64,000 nt of DNA. It comes from Paecilomyces variotii (Eukaryota). Positions 30,381-43,721 of the stretch are shown here, piece by piece (the stretch's first letter is position 1; each line of letters begins with the position of its first letter). The notes under the pieces are model-generated. The model was not told where the DNA came from. It saw only the letters and a list, made by a program, of their open reading frames with translations, and did not search any database. Made by a program: the position numbers and the translations under genes. The stretch lies in the NCBI GenBank assembly GCA_004022145.1, contig RCNU01000014.1; one strand, given 5' to 3'.

Positions 30381-33300
30381 ATGTTTCAGGTGCGATTGAA
30401 CCACGCTTACATTGTCTTTGGATCTGCGCTCACCCTTGTCCCGTTTACCAGCGAATCCGCGGCGCAATAGACTCCCGGATTGCAGAGGAGCAGGCGCGAC
30501 AGAGGCAAGCACAGGAATCTATCTCACGGTCGAACTCCGCACGTCGTCAGGCCTCTCGCGACCTTTCCACCGGTAGGCGACCAGCTCGGACACGCGCAGG
30601 GACTCTTTCAGGCAAAGGTCCCGACCCGGCCGAATTCGAATCCGAATTTGCTGTTGGCGAGGATGATGGATCCAGCAGGTCTGGCACACCTCGTTCAGAG
30701 CCTTCTGTACCTCCGGAAGGGGGCGCAAGTGGCGATGGAGAAAAGAAAGCGTCAGCAGAGTCCGCGGGCAAGGAAGCCGCACCTGATACAGGCTCGAGTA
30801 CGGCAGCTGCTGAGCTTCCCACCGATGTCAGAGTGAGGCTACGGAGGTTGGACAAGCTGGAGTCTAGGTATCAAGGTATTCTGCGCCCTAATCCTAACGT
30901 TGCGCTTGGTTCCCGCTGACATCTCCTGTCCCCTTTGTATCTAGACCTTTTGAAAGCCTACCGTGTCGCGCATGCCCGTGTTCTGTCCATCGAGCCGTTT
31001 GAAGCGGCCCTACGTGAGAATACACCCCTGACGTCCATCAGCGATCCAAAATCGTTCACGGAATACCTCAACCAGATTTCGCTCAAAGGAGATATGGTTC
31101 TGGATGAGCTGAAGCGGGTCACAGCAGAACGAGACCAGTTCAAGAAGAACCTGGAAGAGGCAGAGAAGTCTGCGAAGGCTGCGTGGGATGAGGTTACAAA
31201 TCTGAAAAAGGGCCAGATACAAAGAGACTCGTCCTCCGAACCAGGCACAACTAACGGCGTTCCGGAGAAACTTACGATCGATACCACCACCTCGACTGAT
31301 GTCGAGAACCCCCAGAAGTCGCCAACTGGCTCGATCGCTTCGAAGGCTGCGGTAATACCGGGGATGTCTTTATTTTCGCCACGGACAAAGGCAGCAAAAT
31401 CTCCTCTAGCCAAGGAGGAGAGCGAGGAGTTCTTCTCCTTCGATAATGAGATTCCCCGTCTAGAGTCTGAACTGAAAGAGAAGAAGGAGGAAATCGAGGG
31501 ATTACAGTCCCAGGTTGAAAACCTGAAGCGCGATCTGTCTGTGGCAAGAGAGTCAACAGAAGGCATGGTGGGCAGTTTGGAATCCGCGACTCGTGAGCTG
31601 GAAGGTCTGCGGGATGCCAAGGATAACTACGAGACGGAGATTGCACGTCTGAAAGACTCTAGCCGCGCCGAAATTGACGAACTCAAATCCAAGATTTCTA
31701 CTGCAGAGAGCGCCTTAGAAAAGGCCCAGTCGGCTGCTGAGGACTTGAAGTTACAGTTGAAAGAAAAGTCTGAAGAGTGCGAGAAGTTGAAACAACAGAT
31801 TTCTGAAACCAACGATCGTGATCAAACGGAACTGCCAAAGAAGCTTGCGGAGGCCGAAAAGGAGAAAGAAGACAGTAAGAAGCGTCTTGACGTGCTGCAG
31901 GGACTGGTAGATAGCCTCAAGTCGCAGCTCAAGGACTCCGAATCCTCCGTCTCCTCCCTCACTGCAGAGCTTTCGGAAAAGCGTAACCTCCAAAAGATTG
32001 TGGACTTTGTCGACACTGGCTTGAAAGAGAACGAGAAGTGGCCAGCCGTACGCGAGCGTGTGGCAAGCGGCCAGGCGGTGGACTTCGCAGAGATCCGGGA
32101 CGACCTGACATCCACATCATCTGGCACTGCAGAAGCAACCAAACCCAAGCAAGAGCAGACTAGTCAACCAGCCACTGCCGCGGGATCAGGCGGAGGAAAG
32201 AAGAAGAAGAACAAGAAGAAGAAAGGCGGCAAGGGCGGAGATGAAAATGGCACAGCAGCGGGTGCAGCCGCACCTTCGGAGAAGCAACAACCGGCAGCCG
32301 ATGACAGCAAAGAGGAGGCCGATATTAGCGAACTGGAGCTCAGAATCAAATCTCTCAATTCACAGCTTGCTGAAAAAGATGCTGCTATTGATCGCTTACA
32401 TTCCAAGCTCAAGGGCGAAGAGGATCTGAAAGAGGAGATCGAGTCGCTACGTGATGACCTTCTCCATCTTGGCCAGGACCATGTCGAAGCAAAGGACAAG
32501 ATCAAGGAACTCTCCGCAGAGAAGGCTGCGCTGGAAGCTAGCCTGGCGAAGTTAGAGAAAGAACTCGCCGAACTTCAAGCCAGCAACGCGTCCAGTACTG
32601 CTGGGTCCGAGAAAGCACATAACGATTTGAAGGCGGAATTCGAGGAACTGAAGGTCAAAGCAACGACTTTGGAAACAGACCTTTCGGCAGCCCAGCAACT
32701 CGCAGCCTCTAGATTCAAGGATCTGACCGACCTTAGAGAAACTCTACAGAAATTACAGCCGGAGCTTCGGACTCTGCGCTCCGAATCTGCTGAGCTGAAG
32801 ACAGCAAAGGAGGACCTCAAGAGCAAATCGACCGAACTCAAAACATTGCAAGCCAAACATGACGACCTACGCACCGAGGTGAAGAGCCTTAGATCTAATA
32901 TCGCCGAAAGGGACGCGGAAGTGAAGACGTTGAACCAAAAGATTAGACAGGAGACTGATAGCCGCCTCAAAGCGGAAGAAGCTTGCACCGCCGCCAAATC
33001 TGATCTTCGTAGCATGGAGGCAAAGAAGCAGGAAGCTGCTGAGGCAAAAGAAAAAGCCAAGAAAGAATTATCGAAATCGCAGGATGACTTGAAGGCGTCG
33101 AGGACGAAGCTACGAGAAGTCGAAGAACAGGTTACGCGACTAAACAAGGACATCGAGGGCCTCCGCGAGGAGATCCAGCTCAAGACAGCCCAGCATGCTA
33201 GTGCACAGAGCTTGATGAACAGCATGCGTGACCAGTCGGCAGAAATGGCAATGCAAATGAAAGAGGTCCGTCAACGGTGCGAGAGCCTGGAGGAAGAACT

Positions 33301-34178
33301 TGTGGATGCGCATCGACTGTTGAGCGAGCGTAGTCGCGAAGGCGAAACGATGAGACGACTCCTCAATGACATTGAGAGTAAAGCTGATGCCAAGGTCCGA
33401 GACTTCAAGGAGCGAATGGAAGCCGCCATCGAGGAGCGAGACCGGGCCGAGGATGAGGCCAGTACTCTCGGTCGACGTCGTGCACGAGAGTTGGAGGAAC
33501 TCAAAACAAAAGTTCGGGAGGCAGAGAAGGCCCTACGAAGAGCTGAAGAGGATAAGGAAGAGCTCGAACACGCACAGCAAGACTGGAGACGGCGACGGGA
33601 CGAACTAGTGTCCCAGTCTGAACGTTCTGTCCAGGAATTGCAGGAAGTCCGGGAAGCAATGGCAGAACTGCGCGATGCCCTGGATGAAAGCGAGAAGCAA
33701 GTTCGTGAACTTGAGAAAGAGAAGGCTGAGCTGCGTCGATCCGTCGAGGAAACCAGCAATCGCCTGGAAAAGGTGCGAAAATCCAACAAGCTTCTTACAG
33801 ATGAGGTCCGCTCCGCTCAGACTTCGATACGCGGACTTGATTCCAATAATCAGTCTTCACGATCATCCATCGACTCCGGTTCGCGTAAGGGTGTCGTCTC
33901 CCCGCCACCAAGGGATCGAAACACGTCTGTTTCCCGGAGTCAGACACCGACTGGTCCTGGTGCGCCTGCTATCGATTATATCTACCTGAAAAACGTGCTG
34001 CTTCAGTTCCTGGAGCAGAAGGATAAGAACTACCAGAAACAGCTTATTCCTGTGCTGGGGATGCTGCTTCATTTCGACAGGTAAGCAAGCTGTTTCCGAG
34101 GCCAGTCCAGTACCAGGCATACTAATGAGACGTAGGTCCGACGAGCAGAAATGGATGTCAGCCGTAATGTCTAGATGA
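30381..34178 (+). CDS. IMH1: GRIP-domain golgin, long coiled coil (Imh1-like)
   Basis: Exons 30381-30389 (MFQ), 30452-30876 (RIRGAIDSRIAEEQAR), ~30945-34080 and 34136-34178. C-terminal GRIP motif DYIYLKNVLLQFLE...LIPVLGMLLHF. Confidence 0.88.
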
Positions 34179-34528
34179 CCTGTTTCTCTTTTCTTCATTT
34201 TGTATGACTATCAGCTTTATATATAGTAGTTATGCCCTCTTGGGGGCGTTGATCCTTGGACAACTGATCATCAATCGTTCCCTTATGTTGATACGGCCGC
34301 ATTTTCCTCTTTTGTATAAGGCCAATAGGCGGCGATGTTCCTGTCATTGACAGGGCGCGACGGGTAGCTTAAATTAGAGGTTTCAAATTTAACTGCGGGG
34401 TCGCTAGAGAAGAAGCATCTGGGCCTAAGTATGCGTCTCTAAAAAGTTTCTAAAGCATTGTTATTATTGTGAGTCCTAGACCACCTCTACATCGATTAGA
34501 CGATTCCTTTTCGAAATCCAGAAGCAAA

Positions 34529-35116
34529 ATGTCGGATCAGCCTACGATCCGGCTCGCGACCGAGCAAGGTGAGTCTTCCCGCATGTTTTACCAGTTCTAG
34601 TTCCACGTCGCTAATTGCTGTTTTCCACCAGATGTCGGCTATATCCTTCAATTTATTCGCGAACTGGCCGACTATGAGAAAGCCCTGCATGAAGTCGAAG
34701 CTACGGAAGAGTCTCTCCTTGCAACCCTTTCTTTCCCCTCCACACCTCCGAGGAAGGGCAGTACCTATACAGCCCTAGTCATTCCACCGGCCACCGCGGA
34801 AAATCCGACGCCAGTTCCAGTTGGCATGGCACTTTTCTTCTATAACTACTCGACATGGCGCTCCGCTCCGGGAATCTATCTCGAAGACCTCTATGTACAG
34901 CCAAGCGCGAGGGGCAGAGGATATGGCTTCAAACTCCTGCGGTATTTGGCGAACGAAGTGGTTAGAATGGGCGGACGACGTCTCGAATGGAGTGTTCTCA
35001 AGTGGAATGAGCCCAGTATCAATTTCTACAAGCAGGTCGGGGCGACGGCCATGGAGGAATGGCTGAAGATGATGTTGGAAGGAGAAGCACTGAATAAGTT
35101 GGCGGAGCAGGCTTAG
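34529..35116 (+). CDS. GNAT acetyltransferase, polyamine/thialysine N-acetyltransferase (Ats1/SSAT-like)
   Basis: Exons 34529-34568 and 34632-35116. Motifs IRELADYEK, YSTW..PGIYLEDLYV, RGRGYG and EWSVLKWNEPSINFY. Confidence 0.92.
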
Positions 35117-35609
35117 ATAGTAGTAGAAAGTGGCCCGTTTTAACCACGTTGTAGATAGATAAGTACCTAACTTTAACCAATGGGCATATTATTATTCGAG
35201 ATGCGCCCTACTCTATTATCATTCAGAACTGATACTCATCCTTCTGTTTCTGCTGTGTTGCATATTAAGGTCATAGTCTGGGTTCGACACTTTGCCAGAG
35301 AGAGAGAAGAGGCTGTCGACGCGTAATGTGGCTGTCGAATAATCGGCGATGCGTGCCCATCATCTGGGGCGATCTGATACTCTATCTCTCTGCGAAGATC
35401 TTTTACCAGACCAGGACTAACAGTAGGGCTAACCCTGAAGTCGATCTCGCAGCCCAGGGCGGTGACGTCGTCAGCGTCGAGCTCCCTTAAACTGGGACAA
35501 ACAACAAAGACGGCCTCAGCCCTACCGTGGAGGCCATCTTCCTTCATCCCACCTCGTGGATAGTGCCCCATGACCTATCTTGTCGTGTTGCGCCTGAAGC
35601 CTTGACTCA

Positions 35610-38056
35610 ATGGCTTCGACATCTCAAAATACCCTCCAGGGCAGCTTCGACGTCGACTATGTCATCCGCTACCGCTTCGCTGACATCGGTATGGACTGCG
35701 TCCGATGAGAGCCCCGCCCGATGTTTTATTATTACTTGAGTGAACTAGCTAGCTGACTTTGCAAGATCCCTCGGAAGCTGCTCAACAGCTCGAGTGCCTG
35801 CTGCGTGCTCTGACCGAGGTTGGATTGCAGACGGAAGTCCGTCACGGCGATGAGACATCACTGTTAGTCTTCGTCCGAGCAGCCAAGCGAAGACTGGGCA
35901 AGGCCATCCACAGATCGAGGTAGGCCATCACGTCGCTGCGAACCGAAAGGAACTCATCGCTGATTAGCCCAACACTGCCAGAGTCCGTGACTGGCTTTAT
36001 GGTGTCCGTAACCAGGAGCCCGATGCTTCCAGTGTGACCGAGCCCCAGACGGAAGCAGAGCGCCTCCGCGTTATTTATCAATTGATCACCTTTCCACAGG
36101 AAGAAGGCGGTGCTGACATTACACCGAAGCATGGGGTGTGGAAGAATGTTGAGTCGATCTTTGCCTTGCATGATGATGAGACGAATCGGAAATGGATGCG
36201 AGATTGGAGTCAGAAGACACTGCTCACCAAAGAAGATCTTGATCAGATCAGGAACAAGTTTGGGGAGAAGGTAAGGGTCCCGCCGAGTTGCTCGCATTAG
36301 CCTTACGTCAGCTCACTCTTACAACAAGGTTGGCTTCTACTTCGCTTTCTTGCAATCGTACTTCGCATTCTTGGTCTTCCCCGCGGCGTTTGGTTTCTCG
36401 TGCTGGCTCTTGCTCGGACATTTCTCCGTGATCTACACTATCGGAAACTGTCTGTTCTGTCTCGTCTTTGTCGAGTACTGGAAACGCCAAGAGACGGATC
36501 TCAGTATTCGTTGGCAGACCAAGGGTGTTTCTGTTTTGTTGACGAGAAGACGAGAATTCAAACCCGACAAGGTGGTCACGGACGAGGTGACGGGCGAAAA
36601 GAAGTATATCTTTCCGGCGACCAAACGACTCTCCCGTCAACTCCTACAGGTGCCATTTGCGTTCCTCGCTGTCACTGCCCTGGGAGCCATCATAGCCACA
36701 TGTTTTGCGATCGAGATCTTCATATCTGAGATATACAACGGCCCGCTCAAGACCTACCTGGTACGTTTGCCTTAGTATCTTTTGGTAGAAAGCTAACAAA
36801 TCTAGGTGTTTATACCCACCATTCTTCTCTCCGCCCTAGTGCCTACAATCAGCGCCGTTTTGGTCAATGTGGCCACAAGGCTCAATGACCTGGAGAACTA
36901 CGAGACGCAGGAGAGCTATGATGTGGCTTTGACGCGGAAGATCTTCGTGTTGAACTTCATCGTCTCCTACCTTCCGATTATCCTTACGGCTTTTGTTTAC
37001 GTCCCATTTGCCCGCCTTATCGTTCCCTATCTTGACGTATTCCAATTGACTGTTCGCCCCTTTGTCTCCAAAGACGAGGTCCAGGCCGTGACGGAGTTCC
37101 ATATCGACCCGGACAGGCTGCGGAAGCAGGTCATTTATTTTACGGTCACAGCCCAGATTGTCAACTTCGCAATGGAGACCATTGTGCCATATGCCAAGCG
37201 GAAGCTCTTCCTCAAGTACAAGGAGTACAGTGACGAACGGAAGAACGGAACTCCCGGCGGCAAAGGCGAGGAACAGGAGCAGAAGTTGAAGGCAACATTC
37301 GATGACCCGCCCGAGGAAGAGGAGTTTCTGGTTCGTGTACGCAGGCAGGCAGAGCTGAGCGAGTACGAGGTCACGGATGACTTGCGTGAGATGTGTATCC
37401 AGTTCGGCTACCTGGCGCTCTTTTCTCCAGTCTGGCCGCTGGTTCCGGTTTCGTTCCTGATCAACAACTGGGTCGAACTGCGGGGCGACTTCTTCAAAAT
37501 CTGCAAAGAGTGCAGGCGGCCGACCCCAGAGCGGACCGATACTATCGGACCGTGGTTGGATACTCTAGGTCTCCTTTCTTGGTTGGGCAGCATCACCAGT
37601 TCTGCACTGGTGTATATGTTCAATGGATCGGGCCCAGAAGGGACGCCATCGCGCGTTCAGTTCTGGGCCCTGCTGTTGACCGTCTTCTTTTCCGAGCACC
37701 TCTACCTTCTGGTGCGATCTGTTGTCGAGGCTGTGATGGCCAAACTAGAGATGCCAAGTATCCGTCAGAAGAAGGCGGAAATGTATGTGCTACGCCGCAA
37801 GTACCTTCAGTCCGCAATTGATGCGGAGAAGGAGGCTACCACCGGCGACGATGTTGAGGAGCCTGTCCTGCACGCTGGGGGTGAGAAGATCACTCGCGAG
37901 TCGCTGGAGGAGGACGCTCGCGCGAGCACTTTGCGCGATTCCACAGCCACGGACCGGTTCTGGGGTCGACAGCGAGGATGGCAGGAGTCTGCGAAGCAAG
38001 GCGCCAGAATTATCCAGGCGCAGGCCACAAAGCCGGAAGTGAAGAAGGAGCAGTGA
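35610..38056 (+). CDS. Anoctamin/TMEM16 family lipid scramblase/channel (Ist2-like)
   Basis: About 5 exons from the ATG at 35610 (VDYVIRY). Motifs TEAERLRVIY, FALHD, IRNKFGEKVGFYFAF, DDLREMCIQFGY, NNWVELRGD and RTDTIGPW. Confidence 0.92.
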
Positions 38057-38979
38057 GCGACTCCGTCGAAGTTGCGGATGCATGTTCCGTATCGAGCCGG
38101 ACGTCCCCACAGTTTGCCTTGTCTCGATGGGGTGCAGATCAAGGAATGATACTGGATGTATGAAGCAAAGGACGTGTGTCGATGCCATTGTTGTTATTAT
38201 TATGTACCGGCTCAGAGTCTGTACATTATTGCTGTGTACGGGCCGTGTACGCAATAATGGGTCCTGTGCCTTTCCATATGGCCTCCACCCCACCTTCCCT
38301 CCTGCGTGCGTTTGTTGCCTAACTAGACCCGGTTGGTGTTTTGAACGTGTAGCATAGAATCGGCGGTATTCTTATTATCGTTATCTGTGTCCCTGGATGT
38401 TCAGATCCTTTTCCAGCATTGTTAATAGTTCAATGGAGTACCTTGCAGTTAGCAGTGGTCTGTGGTCTCTGTTGCTTTTGGACGCAGCCGTATTCTGATG
38501 CAATTGGCCCTGTTGGTTAGTGAAACAAACAGATCTGAATGGATGGCAGCCACGGGCGATGAGAGAGGTACGGAATAAACTACGGGGCATCAGTATGTGA
38601 ACTTTTGAAATGGGGGATCAGGCATAAGACGGGAGGTGTCTTTGGTAAGGAAATGAGAATAACTAATAACTATCCAAGGAGTAACTACTCAATATGTGGA
38701 CGAGGTGACATACGTCCGACAGAGGAGCTATCATGACATCTGGATGTGGCGGGAAAGTGGACAGTGCGTGGCCCGAGCATCAGTGGGGGTCTGGCGTCGG
38801 ACTTAAGCAGAGGACATGCCGGGCTGACTAATAGACGAGTCCGGATCGGGGCTAGTTTGCTAGTGCCAGGACTTGCGCGACGCCTCGTCTGACTCATCCG
38901 CATAGAAAATGGCGTGGCGCGGACAGACAGGAATGAGGGACTTGCAATAGAAAATAATAAGGGAGGACTGCTAGATGGG

Positions 38980-38983
<4 letters not shown>

Positions 38984-39011
<28 letters not shown>

Positions 39012-39248
39012 TCTTTTCTTCATTTTTTTTTCTCTCGAGGAACAATGTGTGGGAGAGACTGACTGCTGGTGATAATAATAACTACCTATTAACTGGTCGA
39101 TAGTTATTATTATTATTATTATTATTCACCACGATCGGACCGGTGACACCTGAGCCGGCACATCCGTTGCGTTGCCCGTCAGGATCAGTCATCATGCTAT
39201 GCTGGCTTACGGCATCAGCATCATGCTCTCTCTCTCTCTCTCTCTCTC
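38984..39248. repeat. Microsatellite cluster: poly-T, (TAT)n, (CT)n
   Basis: T-run ~38984-39012, TTA repeats ~39104-39126 and CT repeats ~39226-39248, all upstream of kapC. Confidence 0.9.
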
Positions 39249-39745
39249 CAACGCAAGCAGATAGCATCATATACAACAGCTCGTAGAGTTGGTGCCATTG
39301 GCCGTAGTACAGCGCAGTCAACCGCGGCCAGAGTAATTCGCGTATCTAGACTACCTAAAGTAGATCGAGCACGAAGCCGGCGCAGTCCAGCGGAATGAAT
39401 CGCACGATGGCCTTTTCCCACCCCCCGGTCCCCCTCGGCCAGCCACCCCGATGCCTACACGCCGCGACTCCAAACTTGCTGCTGCTACTTCTATGCCTTC
39501 GTTCCCACCACCCCCGACTTTTCTCCATCCGAATCCTGCTTACGAGATCATCGTCCCCCCATCACCAGCTTTCTACTAGGTCGTCCTTCTCGCGACATCT
39601 CACCTCTTGACTCGGTTGCGGCTGGGATTCCACGTGCGCTGAGCTGGCCTTTCGTCGTTAGGACTTTCGTCCCCCTTTGCCTGTCTTTTTAGTCTGGTGG
39701 AATTGGCCGTCTCGTTCCTTCGTCGCCTGTCTGTTGTTTCTCTCG

Positions 39746-41143
39746 ATGCAGCCCGCGCTAGCCCCAGCGCCGCATCCAAGCATGCAGAGCTCTGCTCAGG
39801 TAAGCAAGCAAGCAAGCAAGCAAGCAACACCGCTCCGTCATCCTTCAGCTCCCTTCAGCGCGTGCCTCTGTCGCCTCGCTCAGCTGGGCGAGCCAGCGAG
39901 GATCAAGACGAGATCCTCGAGCGCAATTCACGATGCTTACGTACCTGGTTTTCACCCGCTGGGGGGGGGCACCCTTGATGACCGATGGGCTAACTGAGGC
40001 ATCGCAAACAGGATCATGCGGATCAGGGTGAGTAAAATCCCATGCAGGGCCAGCGTTCTGCGCAACTGCTGTGACCGCTTCGTTTCTTCTCCTGTCGTGC
40101 TATATATCGTTGTCATCGCGTCAGCCGGTTTCGCGGAGGCGTTTGCGAGCACGAACACGCCTCGCGGTTCTTCCTGCAAGAACACCAACATGACCGAAGC
40201 AGCTGTCGCTCCTCCGTCCATTCACTTCGATGCTCATCTCGTCCAGTAAACCCAAAGGAGGGCTTTGCGCTAACTTCAACCAACTACAGTCCTCCATGAT
40301 CAGCTCCTGGCGGCCCAGCAGCACCTCTCCTCCCACCCCCAGCAGGCGCGGCCGCAGCAGTCCCCAACGCATCCGCAGCACCTGCAGCCTGGCGCACCCG
40401 GATCTCGCGACCAGAATAACATCGACCCCGCCATCGCTGGCACGGCCATGCTGAACCCGCCTCCGGAACAGCAGCAGCCCCCTCAGGAGGGGTCCCCGCC
40501 CGATGGTCGCAAGGTTTATGGAAAGCGGGAGCTGTCGACGTCGAAGCGTGCGGCGCAGAATCGTGCTGCTCAGGTATGTGGTGGCCGAGAGAGCCCCCTT
40601 TCTGGCGCGCAATGTCACTGACTCGAACAGCGAGCTTTCCGCCAACGCAAGGAAGGATACATTCGCAAGTTGGAGGAACAGGTGAAGGAGTACGAAGCTC
40701 TGACGGAAAGTTACAAAGCCATCCAAGCGGAGAACTACCAGCTTCGTGAATATATCATCAGCCTACAATCGCGCCTGATCGATTCTCAGAACGAAGTCCC
40801 TGAATTGCCAGGAAACATCGATCTCAGTCAGCCTCGTCCGGAGCCTCCGGTTGCCGCGACCGCCAGCGCTCCAGGAGCTGGCCCGTCCTCTTCGGTCCCC
40901 GGTCCCGCGCCGCCCCAGCAGCAGGGACAGCCATCCACTGCTGGTACGGCGACAGGAGAAGATCTGAGTTCATTAAACCGCATCGCTGTCGCTGGGCTGG
41001 GGATGCGGAAGCACCCTCACGAGGAAGCGGCATATTTGACCAACAACTTCCCGGCCCAGAAGCGTATGCGAAGTGAAGACGGACAGCCTGAGCAACAAAC
41101 AACAAAGACCGAGCCCAGCCACGGGCTCCCTGTTGCTACTTGA
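39746..41143 (+). CDS. kapC: bZIP transcription factor KapC
   Basis: Exons 39746-39799 (MQPALAPAPHPSMQSSAQ), 40012-40027 (DHADQ), 40290-40573 (VLHDQLLAAQ...GKRELSTSKRAAQNRAAQ) and 40631-41143 (RAFRQRKEGYIRKLEEQV...LREYIISLQSRL). Confidence 0.9.
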
Positions 41144-42026
41144 AGAACGGACATGTGCTACCATCTCCGTACGCAGTTTTCTTCTCTCTTCCCATCACAT
41201 CATCGTGATAAAAACGCAGTCCGTAGACATTGTCGAAATTTGCCTTCGGTGCAATAGCCAGAACCAACGTGCGAACAAGGTCAGGCGGAAGGAGTGTTTC
41301 TGCCAGACACCATCTGTAATTTTTTTTTCCTTTTTATCTTTTTTCTCGGTGTATTCGGCGTGACGGCTCGATGGCTCTGTTTTAGCCCGTTGGTGGTATG
41401 GTGTTGGTTTGTCTGTACTTCGGTTATAATTTCTCCCACCCTTTGTTTTGATTTGGCACCCTAATTCAGCTGTTGTACCTGTACTATCTCCAGCTGGGGT
41501 CGATGAGCAGAACATATCTCGCCGCTGTATTCTCGCTCGGACAGTCCAATATGTACTATGCATGGAGCGAGTTGCCTCTAAACGTCGTATCTCTACTTTC
41601 GAAAACAGCGTAAATTTAGCGTGCTGCCTCTTTCCACTTGGGCGTTCGTTCCGTGGAAATAGATAGCTATTAACTATTAAATTTATTACGTGAACTTGCA
41701 TAAGCACCATCTCTAATGCTACGAGGAGTGCATCACTTGCCCGAGCAACAGTATATGATACAGGCTTTAGCAATACGAGCTGCGCCTCTCTTTCATCCCT
41801 AGAGAGCTTAAGTTCTGCGTTGAAGGAGAGAGAGAGGAGAGGCCATGGGCTAGTCACATGATGATCGCTATATGGACCTTGGCATTTCTTGTACAGTCGT
41901 GAATCGCAGCTCCGAGAGCTCCATCTATGCCGTTTGAGCACGGAAGATCTCTCGGTATCTGGCATGGGTTCCTTGCTGGCTTCCTCATCTCTCGCGCCGT
42001 GGAGTTAACTGAAGTTCTCCACCTCA

Positions 42027-43721
42027 ATGGCCACTCCGTTACACAATACTGGTGGCTCGCCGTCGCCCCCAGCAGGGTACATGCGACAGCGTTCTCGAAG
42101 AGCCTGTTTTCCATGTAGGCAACGGAAGCGGAAATGTGATGGCCGACTGCCCTGCTTGACTTGTACAGGCTATGGCTATGAGTGTCGGTACAGTGACGAT
42201 GGTGAACGGAAAATCCCCAAAAGAACCGCCTTGGACGATGTTCTCATGCCGGAGCCAGTCCACAAGGCGCCGCGTCTGCCTCAGCCCAGCACACATTCCA
42301 AGGTCAAGAGTGCTCACCATGGCATCCTCGACCCGAACAAATGGCGGTATATGAGCAGTGATTCCGCCATTGCATTTCCTAGAGTTGTTGGGCTGGATTT
42401 GCAGTCTGCTAATCCGCCGCGTTTACATTCTTTCGCATACAATACTGGCTTACGATCTGAACCTGGCTGTACAGTCAAATTTCAATTCGTCGATCTCATA
42501 GCATGGACTCAAGTCCGGGAGCTAATCGATATTTATGCTTCCACGATCCACCCCATATTTGGATTTCTGGATGTGGAGCGCCTTTATCGTCGATGCGAGG
42601 ACCATTGGAACGGCAAGTCTCAAGGGCCAGGCCTTGAGGCCCTGATCAGCGGCATCATCGGGTTGGCGTCTCTATTTTCTGGCCTGCTGGCCACGGATGT
42701 GGAGATGCGAATTGTCCTGCACGCTAAAGAGCTCTTGGAAGATCCGTCACATAGTCGCTTTCCTTCCATTGAGCAAGTGGGTGCGTGGATACTGCGGACA
42801 ATCTATATCCGGGCTACGAGCAGGCCCCATGTCTCCTGGCTATCAAGTTGCACTACCATGCATCTTGTTGAGGCGACTAGTTTGCACCGAGAAATGGACC
42901 AGGTCGTTCTGATGAGCGATTCTCGTCAAGGGTATCTGCAGGAGCAGTCTGACGTCCGGGAGCGGACCGCCATGATCGCACATTGTCTGAATGCTATAAT
43001 TTCGTACGACTACGGGCGATCAGCTGTGTATATTGGACCCTTGTCATTTAACAAGATTGTTCCTCGAGATGGAGATTTCTCGCTCCATCTCTACGGTCTG
43101 GTTCGCGGCCTTCCCCGTGATGACATACATGCCGATCCTACTGCGAGGAAGTCAGAGCTGATTGCCGCTCTCAATTATCTTCTGGATGCCCCCACAGGGC
43201 ATGACTTTGTCACCATCACACGAGCAGAGCTGTGCTTCTGCGTATACCGCAGACTACGTCTCCTCGACAACGGCCTGAAACAGGAACAGATCGAGCAAGT
43301 TATCGCGGCTGGTACCGCTGCCCTACCTGCTGCGCGTCGATTGATGGCGTCGAACCACCCCTGGTGGAACGTGATGAGCACGATCTTCCAGTTTGTCTGC
43401 GTTTTGCTGGCTATCGATACAACCGAGAGTATTGCCAGTGTTCCGGATGTCATGGAGACTCTCGAGATAATTACAACTCGTCTTGACACGCATCTGGCCA
43501 AGGAGGCGGCCCATACTGCAAGAATCCTTGTCTGTGCATCGCTAGAAAAGAAGAGAAAGGGAATCGCCATCCTTGAGCGCATCGCGGGGACCCCGGACGT
43601 CGGAGACGATGCCAGTAATGCTGAAAAGCGGTGGATGTTCGACGAGACAGACTGGGATTCGTTTCTGCAGCCACCTCCGGCAACCCAATTTCTTGACATC
43701 GACTTTCACTTACAGATGTGA
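42027..43721 (+). CDS. Zn(II)2Cys6 transcription factor, KojR/Rdr1-like family
   Basis: ACFPCRQRKRKCDGRLPCLTC..C cluster. The middle region (AWILRTIYIRATSRPHVSWLSSCTTMH, ISYDYGRS, PWW..FQFVCVLLAIDT) matches recalled KojR/Rdr1-type sequences. Confidence 0.88.
   Translation: MATPLHNTGGSPSPPAGYMRQRSRRACFPCRQRKRKCDGRLPCLTCTGYGYECRYSDDGERKIPKRTALDDVLMPEPVHKAPRLPQPSTHSKVKSAHHGILDPNKWRYMSSDSAIAFPRVVGLDLQSANPPRLHSFAYNTGLRSEPGCTVKFQFVDLIAWTQVRELIDIYASTIHPIFGFLDVERLYRRCEDHWNGKSQGPGLEALISGIIGLASLFSGLLATDVEMRIVLHAKELLEDPSHSRFPSIEQVGAWILRTIYIRATSRPHVSWLSSCTTMHLVEATSLHREMDQVVLMSDSRQGYLQEQSDVRERTAMIAHCLNAIISYDYGRSAVYIGPLSFNKIVPRDGDFSLHLYGLVRGLPRDDIHADPTARKSELIAALNYLLDAPTGHDFVTITRAELCFCVYRRLRLLDNGLKQEQIEQVIAAGTAALPAARRLMASNHPWWNVMSTIFQFVCVLLAIDTTESIASVPDVMETLEIITTRLDTHLAKEAAHTARILVCASLEKKRKGIAILERIAGTPDVGDDASNAEKRWMFDETDWDSFLQPPPATQFLDIDFHLQM

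Noticed and set aside
30958-33789. Long Ser-rich minus-strand ORFs
   Set aside because: Antisense shadows of the E/K-rich coiled-coil golgin.
40125-40246. Possible cassette exon within kapC intron 2
   Set aside because: Open frame after a CAG, but no donor in the phase needed to rejoin exon 3.
41195-41965. 256-aa minus-strand ORF between kapC and the Zn2Cys6 gene
   Set aside because: Overlaps the kapC 3' region, has low-complexity stretches and no recognisable domain; cannot be supported.
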